Position numbers and translations under genes: made by a program. The notes under the pieces were generated by a model. The model saw nothing but the letters and a program-made list of their open reading frames with translations, made no database searches and was not told where the DNA came from. Shown in pieces: positions 24,735 to 36,622 of a stretch of 40,414 bases of DNA (its first letter is position 1; each line of letters begins with the position of its first letter). The stretch comes from Octopus bimaculoides (taxonomy: Eukaryota), in contig NC_068992.1 of the NCBI RefSeq assembly GCF_001194135.2, forward strand, positions 49,701,933 to 49,742,346. The letters run 5' to 3'.

Positions 24735-24915
24735 ACATGCATATGTGGGCACAGGATGTCATGAAACGCATACAATAAAAAGTACGAAGTACGAGTGCAT
24801 GGAATATGAACTATTTTTTCGAACAACGAAAGACACGAAATGAAAACAAGACAACACAAAGAACGACCCTTCATCAGTTGTTGGCTGGTTTTCTACTCTC
24901 GTATTTCAGGCATTT
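24735..24915 (-). repeat. Family P, subfamily b
   Basis: Homolog of 4150-4325; CCTTCATCAG at 24868-77. Confidence 0.7.
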
Positions 24916-25294
24916 AGCAACAAAATATGCTTTCGATAGAACAGTTGCTCCCGCAAAGAAAATTAAATAAAATTTGGAATTTTGCGGAGGGTCAAAATTG
25001 GTAATACAAACTGGACAGTGAAAACAAACAGGAAGGGCTGCTAAGCCTAAACGAGGTTGTAGTGGCGAACGCATAAATCAAGCTTGGACATGAGGCAGAC
25101 AAGAACATGTCTTTCTTGATCCAGCTACAATGGAGAGAAAGAAACACACACAAGTTAGGAGAAGAAAGATGGCTGATGGTCATGTGGGAGCCATGTGAGC
25201 AAGGGGGGAAGAGTGAGGGAGAGAGAGAGTCACAGACAAAGAACTGTGAAGAGAAGAGGAAAGAATTGGAGATAGGATAAGTGAGACACATACA

Positions 25295-25379
<85 letters not shown>

Positions 25380-25380
25380 G

Positions 25381-25542
25381 TCCGCTCTGTAAAATGGTTT
25401 GCATTAGGAAGACATCTAGTTGTAAAAACCATGCCAAAGCAGACAATTGAGCTTGGTGCAGTCCTCTGGCTTATCAGCTCCTGTCAAACCATCCAACCCA
25501 CTCACACATGGAAAATGGATGTTGCCAAATAATGATGCTGAT
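25381..25542 (+). mobile_element. Old (GAT)n-tailed SINE 3' part
   Basis: TTAGGAAGACATCTAGTTGTAAAAACC...CCAACCCA...CATGGAAAATGGATGTT; CpGs decayed. Confidence 0.75.
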
Positions 25543-26243
25543 ATACATGCACATGCACACATGTATATGCATCTAGACACACATATGCATCTACACATTT
25601 CAGTAGACTGCTCTCATTACTTATTTCTCTTTGCATATGCTCACTCTTCTCTGCTGGAAACCACCAGCTTTACTCACCTTTCATTTGTCATTGCAGCAGT
25701 CTTCATCTTTGAGAATCCTATACTGTGTTTTTGTTTTTAATTGTTTTCTTTCTTCTCTCCTATCTTGACAAAGGACAACTCAACATCAACATCATCTTTT
25801 TCCTTCATAGTATAATGACATAGCATTTTACTCCAGTTTTTTGTTTTGTTCATGTCTTAACCTCAATTTATTTTAATAAGTCTTAGTTACATATTTTGCT
25901 ATGTAGTCTGTGAAATCTAATTCTACTGCAGGATATCTAACGTTATCATATGCAACTTTATTGCTATTTCTAATTTTATTGTATTATCTTACTTCAATGT
26001 TATATCCAAGTCTCCTGAGTGATATCTAAGTTTATGAGATATGTGTGTGTGTGTGATATCCATTTTTACTGTGTTATCCAATGTTATAGTGCTATCATAT
26101 TTTATTGTGATATCTAATATTTAGTGTATGACATTTAACTTCACTGTGTTATTTAAAATTACTGTGATATTTCAAACTTTCTTCTGATATCTACATTTAC
26201 TGCAACATTTAAGTGTATTTTAATAGCTGTAATTTTTATGTAT

Positions 26244-26583
26244 GAAGGTGCATGACTCAGGGGTTAGAGCATCAGGCTCACAATCATGACAGAGTAAGTT
26301 CAATTCCCAGACTGAGCTGTATTGTGTTCTTGAGCAAGACATTTTATTTCACGTTGCTCCAGTTCACTCAGCTGTAGAAATTGGTTGCGACATCACTGGT
26401 TCCAATCTGTATTGGCCCCTTTGCTTTTCCTTTGGACAACATCAGTGGCATGGAGAGGGGAGACTGGTGTGCATGGGCGACTGCTGGTTTTCCATAAACA
26501 ACCTTGCCTGAACTTGGACCTCAGAGGGTAAATTTCTAGGTGCAATCCCCATGGTCGTCATGACTAAAATGGGTCTTTACCCT
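26244..26583 (+). mobile_element. Near full-length tRNA-derived SINE
   Basis: A/B-box head (TGACTCAGGGGTTAGAGC...GTTCAATTCC) and a CTTGAGCAAGACATTTT...TTGCTCCAGTTCACTCAGCTG block as in 10614-10898. Confidence 0.8.
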
Positions 26584-26649
26584 TTGCACAAAATTTATGT
26601 ACCTTTAGAAACCAAGCCAAAACAGACTATGAAACCTGGTACAGCCCTT

Positions 26650-27030
26650 AGCCTTGTCAGATTAAAATTAATATATTTCTAAAGCAGAGTCTATCTGATA
26701 TCTATGAATCCACTTAAAATTCTTAACATATATCACAATATACCATGTATGCAGTATAATGTATATAAGATGAAAATTAAATGAAGAAAAGTAAAGAATA
26801 TGATTTTATTTAACAGATACAGGTACAAATTAATACACTTTTAAAGCAGAGTATGTTTAATCTTTATCAATCTCCGTAAAAAATTAAAGTACAAAACTAT
26901 TTTTAATATATCTTATATAAATCAAGAGACTTCAAAAACCGGGTCTGTTTCTTTGATACAGAGTACAGTATAATGTACACTGTTGCACAACATTTATACA
27001 GATTTCTGGGAATTCTGGATTTCTGAAAGG
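26650..27030 (+). repeat. AT-rich repeat, paralog of 29710-30445
   Basis: Colinear matches, e.g. TTCTAAAGCAG, AAAATTAAATGAAGAAAAGT, GGGTCTGT...GTACAGTATA. Confidence 0.8.
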
Positions 27031-27129
27031 TGGATAAGATATTCATAACTGTACCATCAATGCTGTCACCACCACATTAAGTAAAACAACATAAACTCTA
27101 CTTCGTTGTAAGTAATGGACCTCCATGAA

Positions 27130-27245
27130 TTTCGGTGATCTGATCTTTGAATTAACATGCAGGTAGCTGAGTATTCCTCAGACATATATACGTTTAATAT
27201 AATCGCTAGGCAAAATGAGTGTAACACAGTATAGCAAGGCTGGAG
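27130..27245 (-). mobile_element. Old relic of the Ceph-like SINE domain
   Basis: GAATTAACATGCAGGTAGCTGAGTATTCCTCAGAC aligns by eye to the reverse complement of 10790-10835. Confidence 0.6.
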
Positions 27246-27379
27246 TTATTATAGCTGTAATACACAGTTTCTATTCATCTTCCATCAGGTGAACTTGTTA
27301 ATCATTTGCCCTTGCTGTCTCCACATTACCTTACTAACACTAAAACAATAAAACTACTTTGGCACCATTACAACAATGA

Positions 27380-27407
27380 TATCAGTCACCACCACCACCA
27401 CCACCAC

Positions 27408-27447
<40 letters not shown>

Positions 27448-27678
27448 ACCAACAGCAGCAAAAATAAAGACCACCACAAATACAAATACAGACAATAGCA
27501 ACTATTCCACAAAAGAAGGAAAAAAATCATGATGTACAGCAATTGTAGAGTAACCTCCATTATTTCGACTAGTGCTACCTCCATCACCATCACCACCACC
27601 ACCACCACCACCACCACCACCACCACAATTACATTACCACCACAATTACCATCACCACCTATAGCAACAACAAACAAT

Positions 27679-27723
<45 letters not shown>

Positions 27724-27750
27724 AATAATAAAAATAATAATAATAATAAT
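27380..27750. repeat. Mosaic of CAC/GCT/ATT/AAT triplet repeats
   Basis: Directly visible. Confidence 0.9.
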
Positions 27751-28087
27751 GAGGAAGCATTTAGAAGACATCAATTGAAACTAGATACTCGATTCCATAG
27801 ACTAAATGAAGACATTCTACAAAATTCTATACAGCGGAATAGAAAACGTTGCCATTTAAAAGACATATGATATTCCATCTGCAATAGAAATTAGGCAATT
27901 AAAGACCTAATCAAGGGGAATAAATATGCTAATGCTTCAGAGAATTGCTGTTATTTATAACATGACTGTTTCATGAAAATTACTTTGATATAGGACAAAC
28001 ATCCACATTGCTATACAGATGTATGACTATGCATTTATTACAATGTGTTTTGTTAGTTTAAATAGAAATGACATTGGGTACAGACAA

Positions 28088-28252
28088 GGCTATGTGGTTA
28101 AGAAGTTTGCTTCCCAACCACATGGTTTCAGGTTCAGTTCTACTGTGTGGTACTTTAGGCTAGTGTCTTCAATTGTAGTCTAGGCTAAACCAAAACTGGA
28201 TTTGGTCAACAGAGACTGAAAGAAGGCTCTTGTGTATACATGTATATGTGTG

Positions 28253-28296
<44 letters not shown>

Positions 28297-28580
28297 TGTG
28301 TATAGGTGTGTGTGTGTGTGTGAGTGTGTCTATGTTTGTATCTCTTTCTCCTGACATCGTATAGTAATTGTAAATTAGTGTGGCTGTCATACAAGCCATA
28401 TCTTCATCTCCTGTTTTCTGCATCTCCTGTTTTCTAACATGTCTGGCAATGAGGAAATATTACCGTACTTAGCAGCAGGAAGGGCATCTGACTGTAGAAA
28501 ATCTACCTCAATAAATTCCATCCAACCCATACAAGCATGGAAAAGTGGACATTAAAACGATGATGATGATGATGATGATG
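28088..28580 (+). mobile_element. Full-length SINE: tRNA-like head, internal (TA)/(TG) microsatellite, (GAT)n tail
   Basis: Head GGCTATGTGGTTAAG...GGTTCAG shared with 39755-39917; tail GGAAGGGCATC...CATGGAAAAGTGGAC shared with the (GAT)n family. Confidence 0.8.
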
Positions 28581-28843
28581 ATTCATTGCAGTCTTTATAG
28601 TTAGGTCTTCATTGAATGAGGGATTGAGTACTTTAGACTAGTCATGATATGAAGTGAGGGGGAAGATGAGAGTGGAGAAAGGAAAAGTGAAAGGTTACAA
28701 CAACTAGGAAATAGGCAGGGGGAAAAAACAGCATCATTCATTAGAAATAATAATAATTATTGTATCTAATATAGGTACAAGGTCAGCTGTTTTGAGAGGA
28801 GAAGGTTGGTCAGTTCCATTGACTGCCTGAACAAGTACTTAAA

Positions 28844-29397
28844 CCCTTTAGTATTCATATTTTACCAGCGTTGCCTTCCTGGCACACGAAAAGACATTCG
28901 AGTGAGGTCGTTGCCAGTGCCGCTGAACTGGCTCCTGTGCAGGTGGCACATAAAATACACCATTTTGAGCATGGCTGTTGCCAGTACCATCTGACTGGCC
29001 TTCGTGCCGGTGGCACGTAAAAGCACCCACTACACTCTCGGAGTGGTGGGCGTTAGGAAGGGCATCCAGCTGTAGAAACTCTGCCAAATCAGATTGGAGC
29101 CTGGTGTAGCCATCTGGTTTACCAGTCCTCAGTCAAATCGTCCAACCCATGCTAGCATGGAAAGCGGACGTTAAACGATGATGATGATGATGATTATTCT
29201 GTCAAAAGTAATGCTTATTTATTCATATTGTTTTGAATTAATCAAGCGTTATCTTGTAGCATTGAAATTTCAATGACATGATTGTTTATTTTTGGAATGA
29301 CATTATAGGGTTGGTGTGAGAGGTCAGATCTAGCCAATTTGAAGCTAAAACAGGCACAATATTTTGGCTGGATGTGACTGATTTATATACTAAAGGG
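28844..29397 (-). mobile_element. piggyBac-like MITE interrupted by a SINE
   Basis: CCCTTTAGTATT at the left, ATACTAAAGGG+TTAA at the right; body is the reverse complement of 33290-33472. Confidence 0.75.
28862..29193 (+). mobile_element. Young (GAT)n-tailed SINE with internal ~67-bp tandem units
   Basis: Nearly identical over about 215 bp to 36623-36849; CpGs retained. Confidence 0.9.
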
Positions 29398-29709
29398 TTA
29401 ATTCATTAACTGTGAAAGTAAGAAAAAAATGTTGAGCTCACTGGGTTTTGTGCATAAAGTGTAAAGAGTCAGAACAATTACTGCAACATACTTTTTATTA
29501 TGGCTTAATGATTCTACCAAGTTGCTACCATAAAAGTCCTAATAATAATAATGAGTTCTAATATAGTAGAAATATATATATGGACCAAATATATCTCACA
29601 AGCTTGAGCCTGGAAGTTGTCTGGATTTCTGTATTTTCCAGTTTTCTGGAGACCGTCTAGATATATACTTAAAATATGAAATAATCTATGAAAACTAAGG
29701 AGCTAAATT

Positions 29710-30445
29710 GTATTTAACAGATTTAGATTAATATACTTCTAAAGCAGGGTCTGTTTAATGTCTATTAATCCATTTGAAATTCTTAAAATATATCATAATG
29801 TACCTCGTATACAGTAAATTATTTTAATATTTGTAAGATAAAAATTAAATGAAGAAAAGTGAAGAACATGGTTTATTTTATAGAAACATGTACAAATTGG
29901 TACACTTTTTAGGCAGAATATGTTTAATATTTATTCTCTTCTCTTCCGCCCTTTTAAAGCCTAGGCAGGCTCATGGGCCCGGTTTCCCGGTTTCTATGGC
30001 GTATGTCCNNNNNNNNNNNNNNNNNNNNNNNNNNNNNNNNNNNNNNNNNNNNNNNNNNNNNNNNNNNNNNNNNNNNNNNNNNNNNNNNTACTCAAGAAAG
30101 AGTGAGAGAAAGTTGGGGCAAAAGAGTACAACAGGGGTCGCCACCACCTCCTGCCGGAGCCTCGTGGAGCTTTAGGTGTTTTTGCTCAATAAACACACAC
30201 ATCGCCTGGTCTGGGAATCGAAACCGCGATCCTCTGACCGTGAGTTCGCTGCCCTAACCACTGGGCCATTGTGCCTCCACTTAATATTTATTAATCTACA
30301 TAAAAAAAAAATTAAGAACAAGACTATTTTTAACACATCTTATGTAAATTAAACAATTTCAAAAATCAGGGTCTGTGTACTCAATACAAGGTACAGTATA
30401 TTGCATGATTTTGTATGGTATTTCCAGATTTCTAGAAGCCAGCTG
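29710..30445 (+). repeat. AT-rich repeat (paralog of 26650-27030) interrupted by a SINE
   Basis: Colinear with the paralog on both sides of the insertion. Confidence 0.8.
29936..30280 (-). mobile_element. tRNA-derived SINE (possibly the tRNA-Arg OR type) with a 12-bp target-site duplication
   Basis: Minus head GGAGGCACAATGGCCCAGTGGTTAGGGCAGC...GGTTTCGATTCCCAG; TSD TTAATATTTATT at 29924-35 and 30281-92; contains an 81-nt gap. Confidence 0.9.
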
Positions 30446-31173
30446 AGATGTTTGTTATTGTATATGCATACAAGACTGGAAATTTGTGTGCTTCTAACTG
30501 ATTAAATTGAATCCTGTAAATGACTGGTATTGGTTTCCATAAATGCTGGAATTATTGAGGTAAAATTCAGACTTTATAAGTTTTGCAAAGTTATGTACAG
30601 TTGTATAGGAAAAAAAAAAATTAAATGAAATAAAAGAATGAATAGAAGTATACTTGTCCACTAAGTGGATACACAAAGTATCATTCAAATATTTGTTACC
30701 TGGGAAGTTTTTTCAAGCTGAGCAAGTCCTGCTTCAAAATTATTCTACCATCTTGCTAGATCTTAGCTTTGATCAGCAACCAAAGACTGTTTATAGTTAG
30801 AAACTGACAAATGTCTTCATTCTTTAAATTTCTGATTCAGAATGAAACAAATTTTTCTTATCAGTGATATAGTATTTAATTACGAAATTTTGTCTGTAAA
30901 GCCAAGTGATAAAGGCATGTGTGTTAGTATGTGTCTATCTATCTATCTATCTATCTATCTCCATTTATTGGGAATTTTCTGTATTATTTCATATTTTTTG
31001 TAAATACCCCAAACGTTTTGCGATGTTCTTTTTCCATCGTTGTCCCCACTTTTGTTTTTTTTTCTGCTTTGTTTTCGACCCCCTCGAAAAGAAAAACTCT
31101 ACATTTGTATTTTGTCCCCTCTGTGTTGAGCCCTGTGTGGCTAATAAAGAAACCTATCTATCTACCTACCTAC

Positions 31174-31232
<59 letters not shown>

Positions 31233-31233
31233 C

Positions 31234-31267
<34 letters not shown>

Positions 31268-31572
31268 GTCCATACGTCCATGTATGTATGTATGTATGTG
31301 TGTCTATATGAGTGTATATACATCTATGCATGGATGCATAGATGTATGAATGATAATTTGTGACTATAATAACTCCACTCCTGAATAAAGTACACTTCAA
31401 CTCTTAAAGGTGAAGATTTTAAATAGATGATTGCAACAACAGTACTATTGTTTTACTCCTGCTAGCTCAGTACACTTGCAGTGATGAAGTCATGGGAATG
31501 AAACAAGAGTACTCTGTTTATACAAACACACACATGTATATATATATGTGTATTTATATACCTCTCTATGTA

Positions 31573-31606
<34 letters not shown>

Positions 31607-31756
31607 AGTATTTTATTAAAATGGTGAGTCCAACAAAAGACGTTTGTTTTGTTTCAAAGAAGTTAGGTAATTCCGGGATTTATGTTTGTATATATGTATG
31701 AATGGATGCATGTATATATATATATGCATGTGTGTGTGTGTCTATCTATCTATCTA

Positions 31757-31817
<61 letters not shown>

Positions 31818-32060
31818 NNNNNNNNNNNNNNNNNNNNNNNNNNNNNNNNNNNNNNNNNNNNNNNNNNNNNNNNNNNNNNNNNNNNNNNNNNNNNNNNNNN
31901 NNNNNNNNNNNNNNNNNNNNNNNNNNNNNNNNNNNNNNNNNNNNNNNNNNNNNNNNNNNNNNNNNNNNNNNNNNNNNNNNNNNNNNATATATATATATAT
32001 GCACACACACACACACACACACACACATACATATGCATTCACACACACACACACGCACAA

Positions 32061-32215
32061 AAGGGGGTGTTGAAAACTTCCTGGCTTTGGTTAAAAGAAA
32101 ATACAGGAGGATCAATTAATCATGATTTTATTCAACATATTCCCCTCTCAGATTCGCTCTCATATTGCAGCGATCCTTCAGTTTTTCTAAGCCCTGTAAA
32201 AGAATTTGGGAGGTT
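32061..32215 (-). mobile_element. Truncated second copy of the mariner MITE
   Basis: GGGGGTGTTGAAAACTTCCTGGCT TIR and reverse-complement match to 7950-8095. Confidence 0.8.
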
Positions 32216-32295
32216 GACTTGTTTACAATGTTATAACTTGGCAGTTTGGCAAGAAGACAACAATAGAATAAGTACTAGACTCGAAAAATCAATTC

Positions 32296-32362
32296 TTTTA
32301 TTCTTTTATTCTTTTACTTGTTTCAGTCATTTGACTGTGACCATATTGGAGCACCACCTTTA
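32296..32362 (-). mobile_element. SINE tail fragment (19123 family)
   Basis: TTCTTTTACTTGTTTCAGTCATTTGACTGTGACCATATTGGAGCACCACCTT. Confidence 0.8.
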
Positions 32363-32531
32363 AGAAGTTTATCTATATGCTGTCATCTGTTTTTTTTTTT
32401 TTTTGTCATGCTGATTCACAATTTGTGTCAGTCAAAATAATAATGAATTTCCCAGAGTTTGTTGTTTTGTAGTAGTAATAGTAGTCAGTTTAATCAATTT
32501 TCTCTTTCCCTTTAAATTGCTGGCCTTGTGC

Positions 32532-32727
32532 CTAAGCATTGGGCAACATACTTTGCAGCATAGAGTTATGACCCATTATGGTTTGAGTTCAATCCTGCTG
32601 AGGTTAGCTTTACCTTTCATCCCTATGGGGTTGATAAAAATAAAGCACCAGTAATGTACTGGTCACTTTAATCCATTGTCCCTCCCCACAACTTGTTGGC
32701 CTTGTGCCTAAATGAGAAATCATTATT
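32532..32727 (+). mobile_element. Nin-like tRNA-derived SINE
   Basis: GAGTTCAATCC B-box, CCTTTCATCCCTATGGGGTTGATAAAA, tail TGGCCTTGTGCCTAA. Confidence 0.7.
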
Positions 32728-33027
32728 TAAAATTTTTTAGGCTGCCACCCTTGATTTTTTCTAAAACCAGAATTAGTTATTTAGTTTATATATCCTATTT
32801 ATTTTATAACATATGGTATTACTTGGAATGTTCTTTTTTTGTCATATATATATATAAAGTTTTTAATGTAAAATAAATGATATAGAGCTCAGTGCATTAG
32901 TTTGCCCAGGGGCCTATAATGATGCTGAAACAGCCTTTGGTATTATCAGAACTTCCAATGAGAAGGCTCTGAATTATTGAAATTGGTTCACCTTTGACTA
33001 TCTGGTTTGCAAAAAATGCAAAATTAA

Positions 33028-33472
33028 CCCTTTAGCATTTAAATTGACCATATCTAGCCCAAATATTGGTTTTAAATTTTGGCACAAGGCCAGTAATTTG
33101 GGGGGAGGGGATAAGCCAATTACATCGACCCCGAACTGGTACATATTTTTATCAACTCTGAAAGGATGAAAGGCAAAGTCAACCGTAGCAGAATGTGAAC
33201 ACAGAACATAAAGATGGGTAAAATGCTGCTAAGCAGTCCATCCTGCATGCTAACGACTCTGCCAGCTCACCGCCTTATTTAACCCAAATAATGTATCTGT
33301 TTTATGCTTAAACCAGCTAGATCTGGCCTCTTACTCCTACTGTATAATATCATTCTGAAAATAAACAATTACATCAGTGAAAAAAATTAAGCTATGTGAT
33401 AATGCATGATTAATCGAAAACAATGAAAAAACAAGCATCTATATTTCAGAGAGTAATTTGAATACTAAAGGG
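33028..33472 (+). mobile_element. piggyBac-like MITE interrupted by a SINE
   Basis: TTAA|CCCTTTAGCATTT ... AATACTAAAGGG|TTAA (TTAA at 33024-27 and 33473-76). Confidence 0.85.
33068..33282 (-). mobile_element. Full-length Nin-like SINE
   Basis: Minus head AAGGCGGTGAGCTGGCAGAGTCGTTAGC, TTGCCTTTCATCCTTTC domain; flanked by CCCAAATA(T/A)T at 33058-67 and 33283-92. Confidence 0.85.
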
Positions 33473-34589
33473 TTAAATATAATTTAATTACTAGTTAAAC
33501 TAATATGGAGATGTCTGTTAATCTTCCATTCAGTATGTATGTGTCCTATAAAAGGGGGCTTTAGTGAAAGCATGCTTTAGAGCATTAACTCATTGAAGCT
33601 ATAGCACTTGCTTTATGGTTTCATCATATTTAAATGCCTAAGACAATCAATAAGATCTCAGTCAAACTGTAATAAAGCATATGAAAATGAAGACAATAAA
33701 AAGTTTTTTTTCATAAAATCACCAATTTTTATGGTGCATTGCACCAAGCTGCTTTTATCTATAAAAACCTTTACCTCAGCCTGTGTCACATCGATCTTGT
33801 ATGATACCGCAGTGAGGATAAAGAACAATAAACAGGTCTAAATGTTTTTGTTCTGTTACTGTTAGAAAGAAACCTATATCACCCAATGCAGAACCAGTTA
33901 ATCAGCCAACCCCCACATTTCGATTTTTCATTTGAATCTTTTAGTGAACTTGACAGAATAGAAGTAGGCAATCCAGTTTCATGTTCCCAATGGTGGCTTT
34001 TTTTTTTTTAAACTTCACATAAATCTATATAATGTCCTCCAGAAATTCAGGACTCATGACAATTGTTATCCCATATCTATATTAGCTCGCAGTCTTGTTT
34101 AGAAATTTTTCATATTAAATAGTATATTATGATTTTCAATTCTTTTAAAACCCCAAATAAATACTTTACTTTCTTGTTAGACTATCCTTCTGTAGTCAGA
34201 TAACTGAGCCTATGTTTTGATTTTTTGTGATCTGAGGTTATCTATCAATAAGCCACTGTTGACTTACTAGAGACTTTGTTGGTCAATGCTGACCATGCAT
34301 CTGCACACATGTTGCAAGATTTTTAGAGGAAGACCAGTTGTTGCCCATTTGTGTGATCATCTCCTCTCCTATGTATGCTGCCAATGTTTATCAAAAGGGA
34401 TGGCCACTGACTTGGGACAATATCACTTGGTATTAGTATCATCGCAGGTCATTGTAGGTTTTGCTGTCAGAACACAAAGAGCAGTAACTCACCACAAGGC
34501 ATCTTGCCTGACCCTCTAACAGTTCTGATTATGCGCTGCCCTGAGATTCAAAGGGTTTAAAAAAATTTTTTTTTTTATAATTCTAGCAC

Positions 34590-34800
34590 AAGGGCAGAAT
34601 TGTTTGTGCATCGCACAAAATGCTTAGTGGCATTTATTTCTGTTTCTTATATGATGAACTTAAATCCTACAGACCCCAATTTTACTTTTCATCCTTTCAG
34701 ATTGATAAAATAGAGTACCAGTCGCATAGTGAGATCAGTGTAATTGGCATGCCTTCTCACCTCAAAATTGCTAGCCTCTTGCTAAAATTAAAAAGAATCA
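34590..34800 (+). mobile_element. Old Nin-like SINE
   Basis: GGCAGAATTGTT...AAATGCTTAG...TTTTCATCCTTTCAGATTGATAAAATAGAGTACCAG. Confidence 0.7.
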
Positions 34801-34831
34801 TAATTCCATTCCCATCTAGGTTCTCTTATAG

Positions 34832-35113
34832 CAGGGGTTTTCAAACTGTGGTTCATGGACCACAGGGGGTCCGCAAGAACAAGACAGGGGGTCCGTGGAC
34901 AGTAAATACTTTTTATGGGCAATTTGATTTTATATGTTTTTTAATCGAAATATTTTAATTGACAATAAACCTATTTGTTAAATACTGTTATATAAATAAA
35001 TGTAAAAATATATGTTATTTTAAGCAAATATTTATGTTTAAATTTCATAAGCGTTTATAAGGTAAAGCCTGAAATATAAAGGGGTCCGCAAGTCAAAAAG
35101 TTTGAAACCCCTG
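34832..35113. mobile_element. hAT (Charlie/Buster-like) MITE, complete
   Basis: TIRs CAGGGGTTTTCAAAC / GTTTGAAACCCCTG; perfect 8-bp TSD TCTTATAG (34824-31, 35114-21) with central TA. Confidence 0.92.
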
Positions 35114-35129
35114 TCTTATAGGAATATTA

Positions 35130-35280
35130 AATCAGCATCACTACTTGATTTGTGCATCATTTTATCAACCCTGGAAGAATGATAGTGAAAGGTTAACCAC
35201 AGAGGGATGTGAGATGCTGGAACGAATCCTGTGAGGCATTTATTTGATGCTCTAATGCTTTTGTCAATCAACTTGTGCAA
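35130..35280 (-). mobile_element. Highly degenerate Nin-like SINE
   Basis: TTTTATCAACCCTGGAAGAATGA resembles the TTTTATCAACTCTGAAAGGATGA block of 33068-33282. Confidence 0.45.
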
Positions 35281-35965
35281 GTGATTTACAAAAATAGATA
35301 GAAAAATACATCAATGGTGTTGCTTAAGTTGTTTAACCAGCAAGAGGAGGAGAATAGTGATGCAGTTTAAGAGTAATTACTTCATATTAAATTATCGCCT
35401 GGTTTTGCTCCAATCACATAAGATGAACTCCAGTACTGACTGTTTGAGTACACACACACACACATTCACACACATGTAATTGATTGAATGGGGAACTGAT
35501 CTGCTAGACTAGTTCAGGACAGATGAAAAACCAATGCATGGCTTAACAATACGCATGGATTATGGAAACTATAAATTAGTTTGAACAATACTGAGAGAAG
35601 GAAGAAGAATTCTTATAGACAATGACTTGTGTTCAAAATCGATAACATTGTCCGATTTTTTTTTTTTTTCTTTAGAAAAATTCTTTGGAATTAAATAGTC
35701 ACAATTTCTTGTTAGTTTTCATTGTGAAGAAAGCAAGGAGAGGTCAAAGAAATAGAATATATTATACCAAGATAATGTCATTAACACTCATATTCATTTT
35801 ATTATAGAAAAAGAAATTTTAATACATATTCTTTTTATTACATTTAGTAGTAAATTTCTCCAAATAATGCAATATTCATATGTTGCATCAGTTATGGAAT
35901 TGAATGCATATGACATTGGAATATTTTTGTTGATAGTATGTAAACTGAATTTCAAACACACACGT

Positions 35966-36001
<36 letters not shown>

Positions 36002-36340
36002 ATGTTACTGCAATTCTGTTCATGAGTACAGGGTACATCTGTGGAAGGTAATTGGTCCCATGACATCTGAAGATTGACTCTCACAAGACTTGTCTTGTTG
36101 AGTCACTGTTTTAATAAATACATTTGCTCTAATTGAGTGATTTAGCCTTAAATTTTGGTTCTCCCTGGTTTTTGAAGTAAGAACATACAATTACCCCTCA
36201 CACACAAACACACAAAGATATATATATATGTATGTATTTATGTATGTTTGTATGTATGTATCATTTAATGTCAGATAGATAGACAGATACACACACACAC
36301 ATATATGTATACATATAGATGTACCAATATACAAACACGA

Positions 36341-36371
<31 letters not shown>

Positions 36372-36394
36372 CATACATGCATGGATACACACAT

Positions 36395-36609
36395 ACTGGT
36401 GCCACGTAAAAAGCACCCATGTCAGTGCTGTGTAAAAGCACCCACTGCACTCTGTAAAACAGTTGACCTTAGGAAGGGCATCCAGCTGTAGAAACCATGC
36501 CAAAATGGACAGGAAGCCTGGGCAGCTCTTCAGCTGGTCAGCTCCTGTCAAACTATCCAACCTATACCAGCATGGAAAATAGATATTAAGTGATGATGAT
36601 GATGATGAT
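36395..36609 (+). mobile_element. Older (GAT)n-tailed SINE 3' part
   Basis: AAAAGCACCC, AGGAAGGGCATCCAGCTGTAGAAACC, GAT tail. Confidence 0.85.
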
Positions 36610-36622
36610 ATATATATATATA

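Larger units (their letters stand above)
28768..29450 (-). mobile_element. Old Nin-like SINE split by a piggyBac-like MITE
   Basis: 28768-28840 and 29402-29450 rejoin into a degenerate match to the intact minus-strand SINE at 33068-33282. Confidence 0.5.

Noticed and set aside
28869-29040. Repeat-spacer-like units resembling CRISPR
   Set aside because: Degenerate tandem units inside a eukaryotic SINE; no unique spacers or cas genes.
30200-30280. tRNA gene look-alike (also 10614-10680 and 26244-26310)
   Set aside because: These continue into SINE bodies, one has a TSD, and none has an intact acceptor stem.
33775-33837. Minus-strand exon candidate TCLLFFILTAVSYKIDVTQAE
   Set aside because: The hydrophobic part is probably just a pyrimidine tract; the acceptor is ambiguous and nothing links it to other exons.
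34268-34550. Complex, exon-like sequence with a minus-strand GTAAGT donor
   Set aside because: All three minus frames contain stops; possibly an old unclassified TE.
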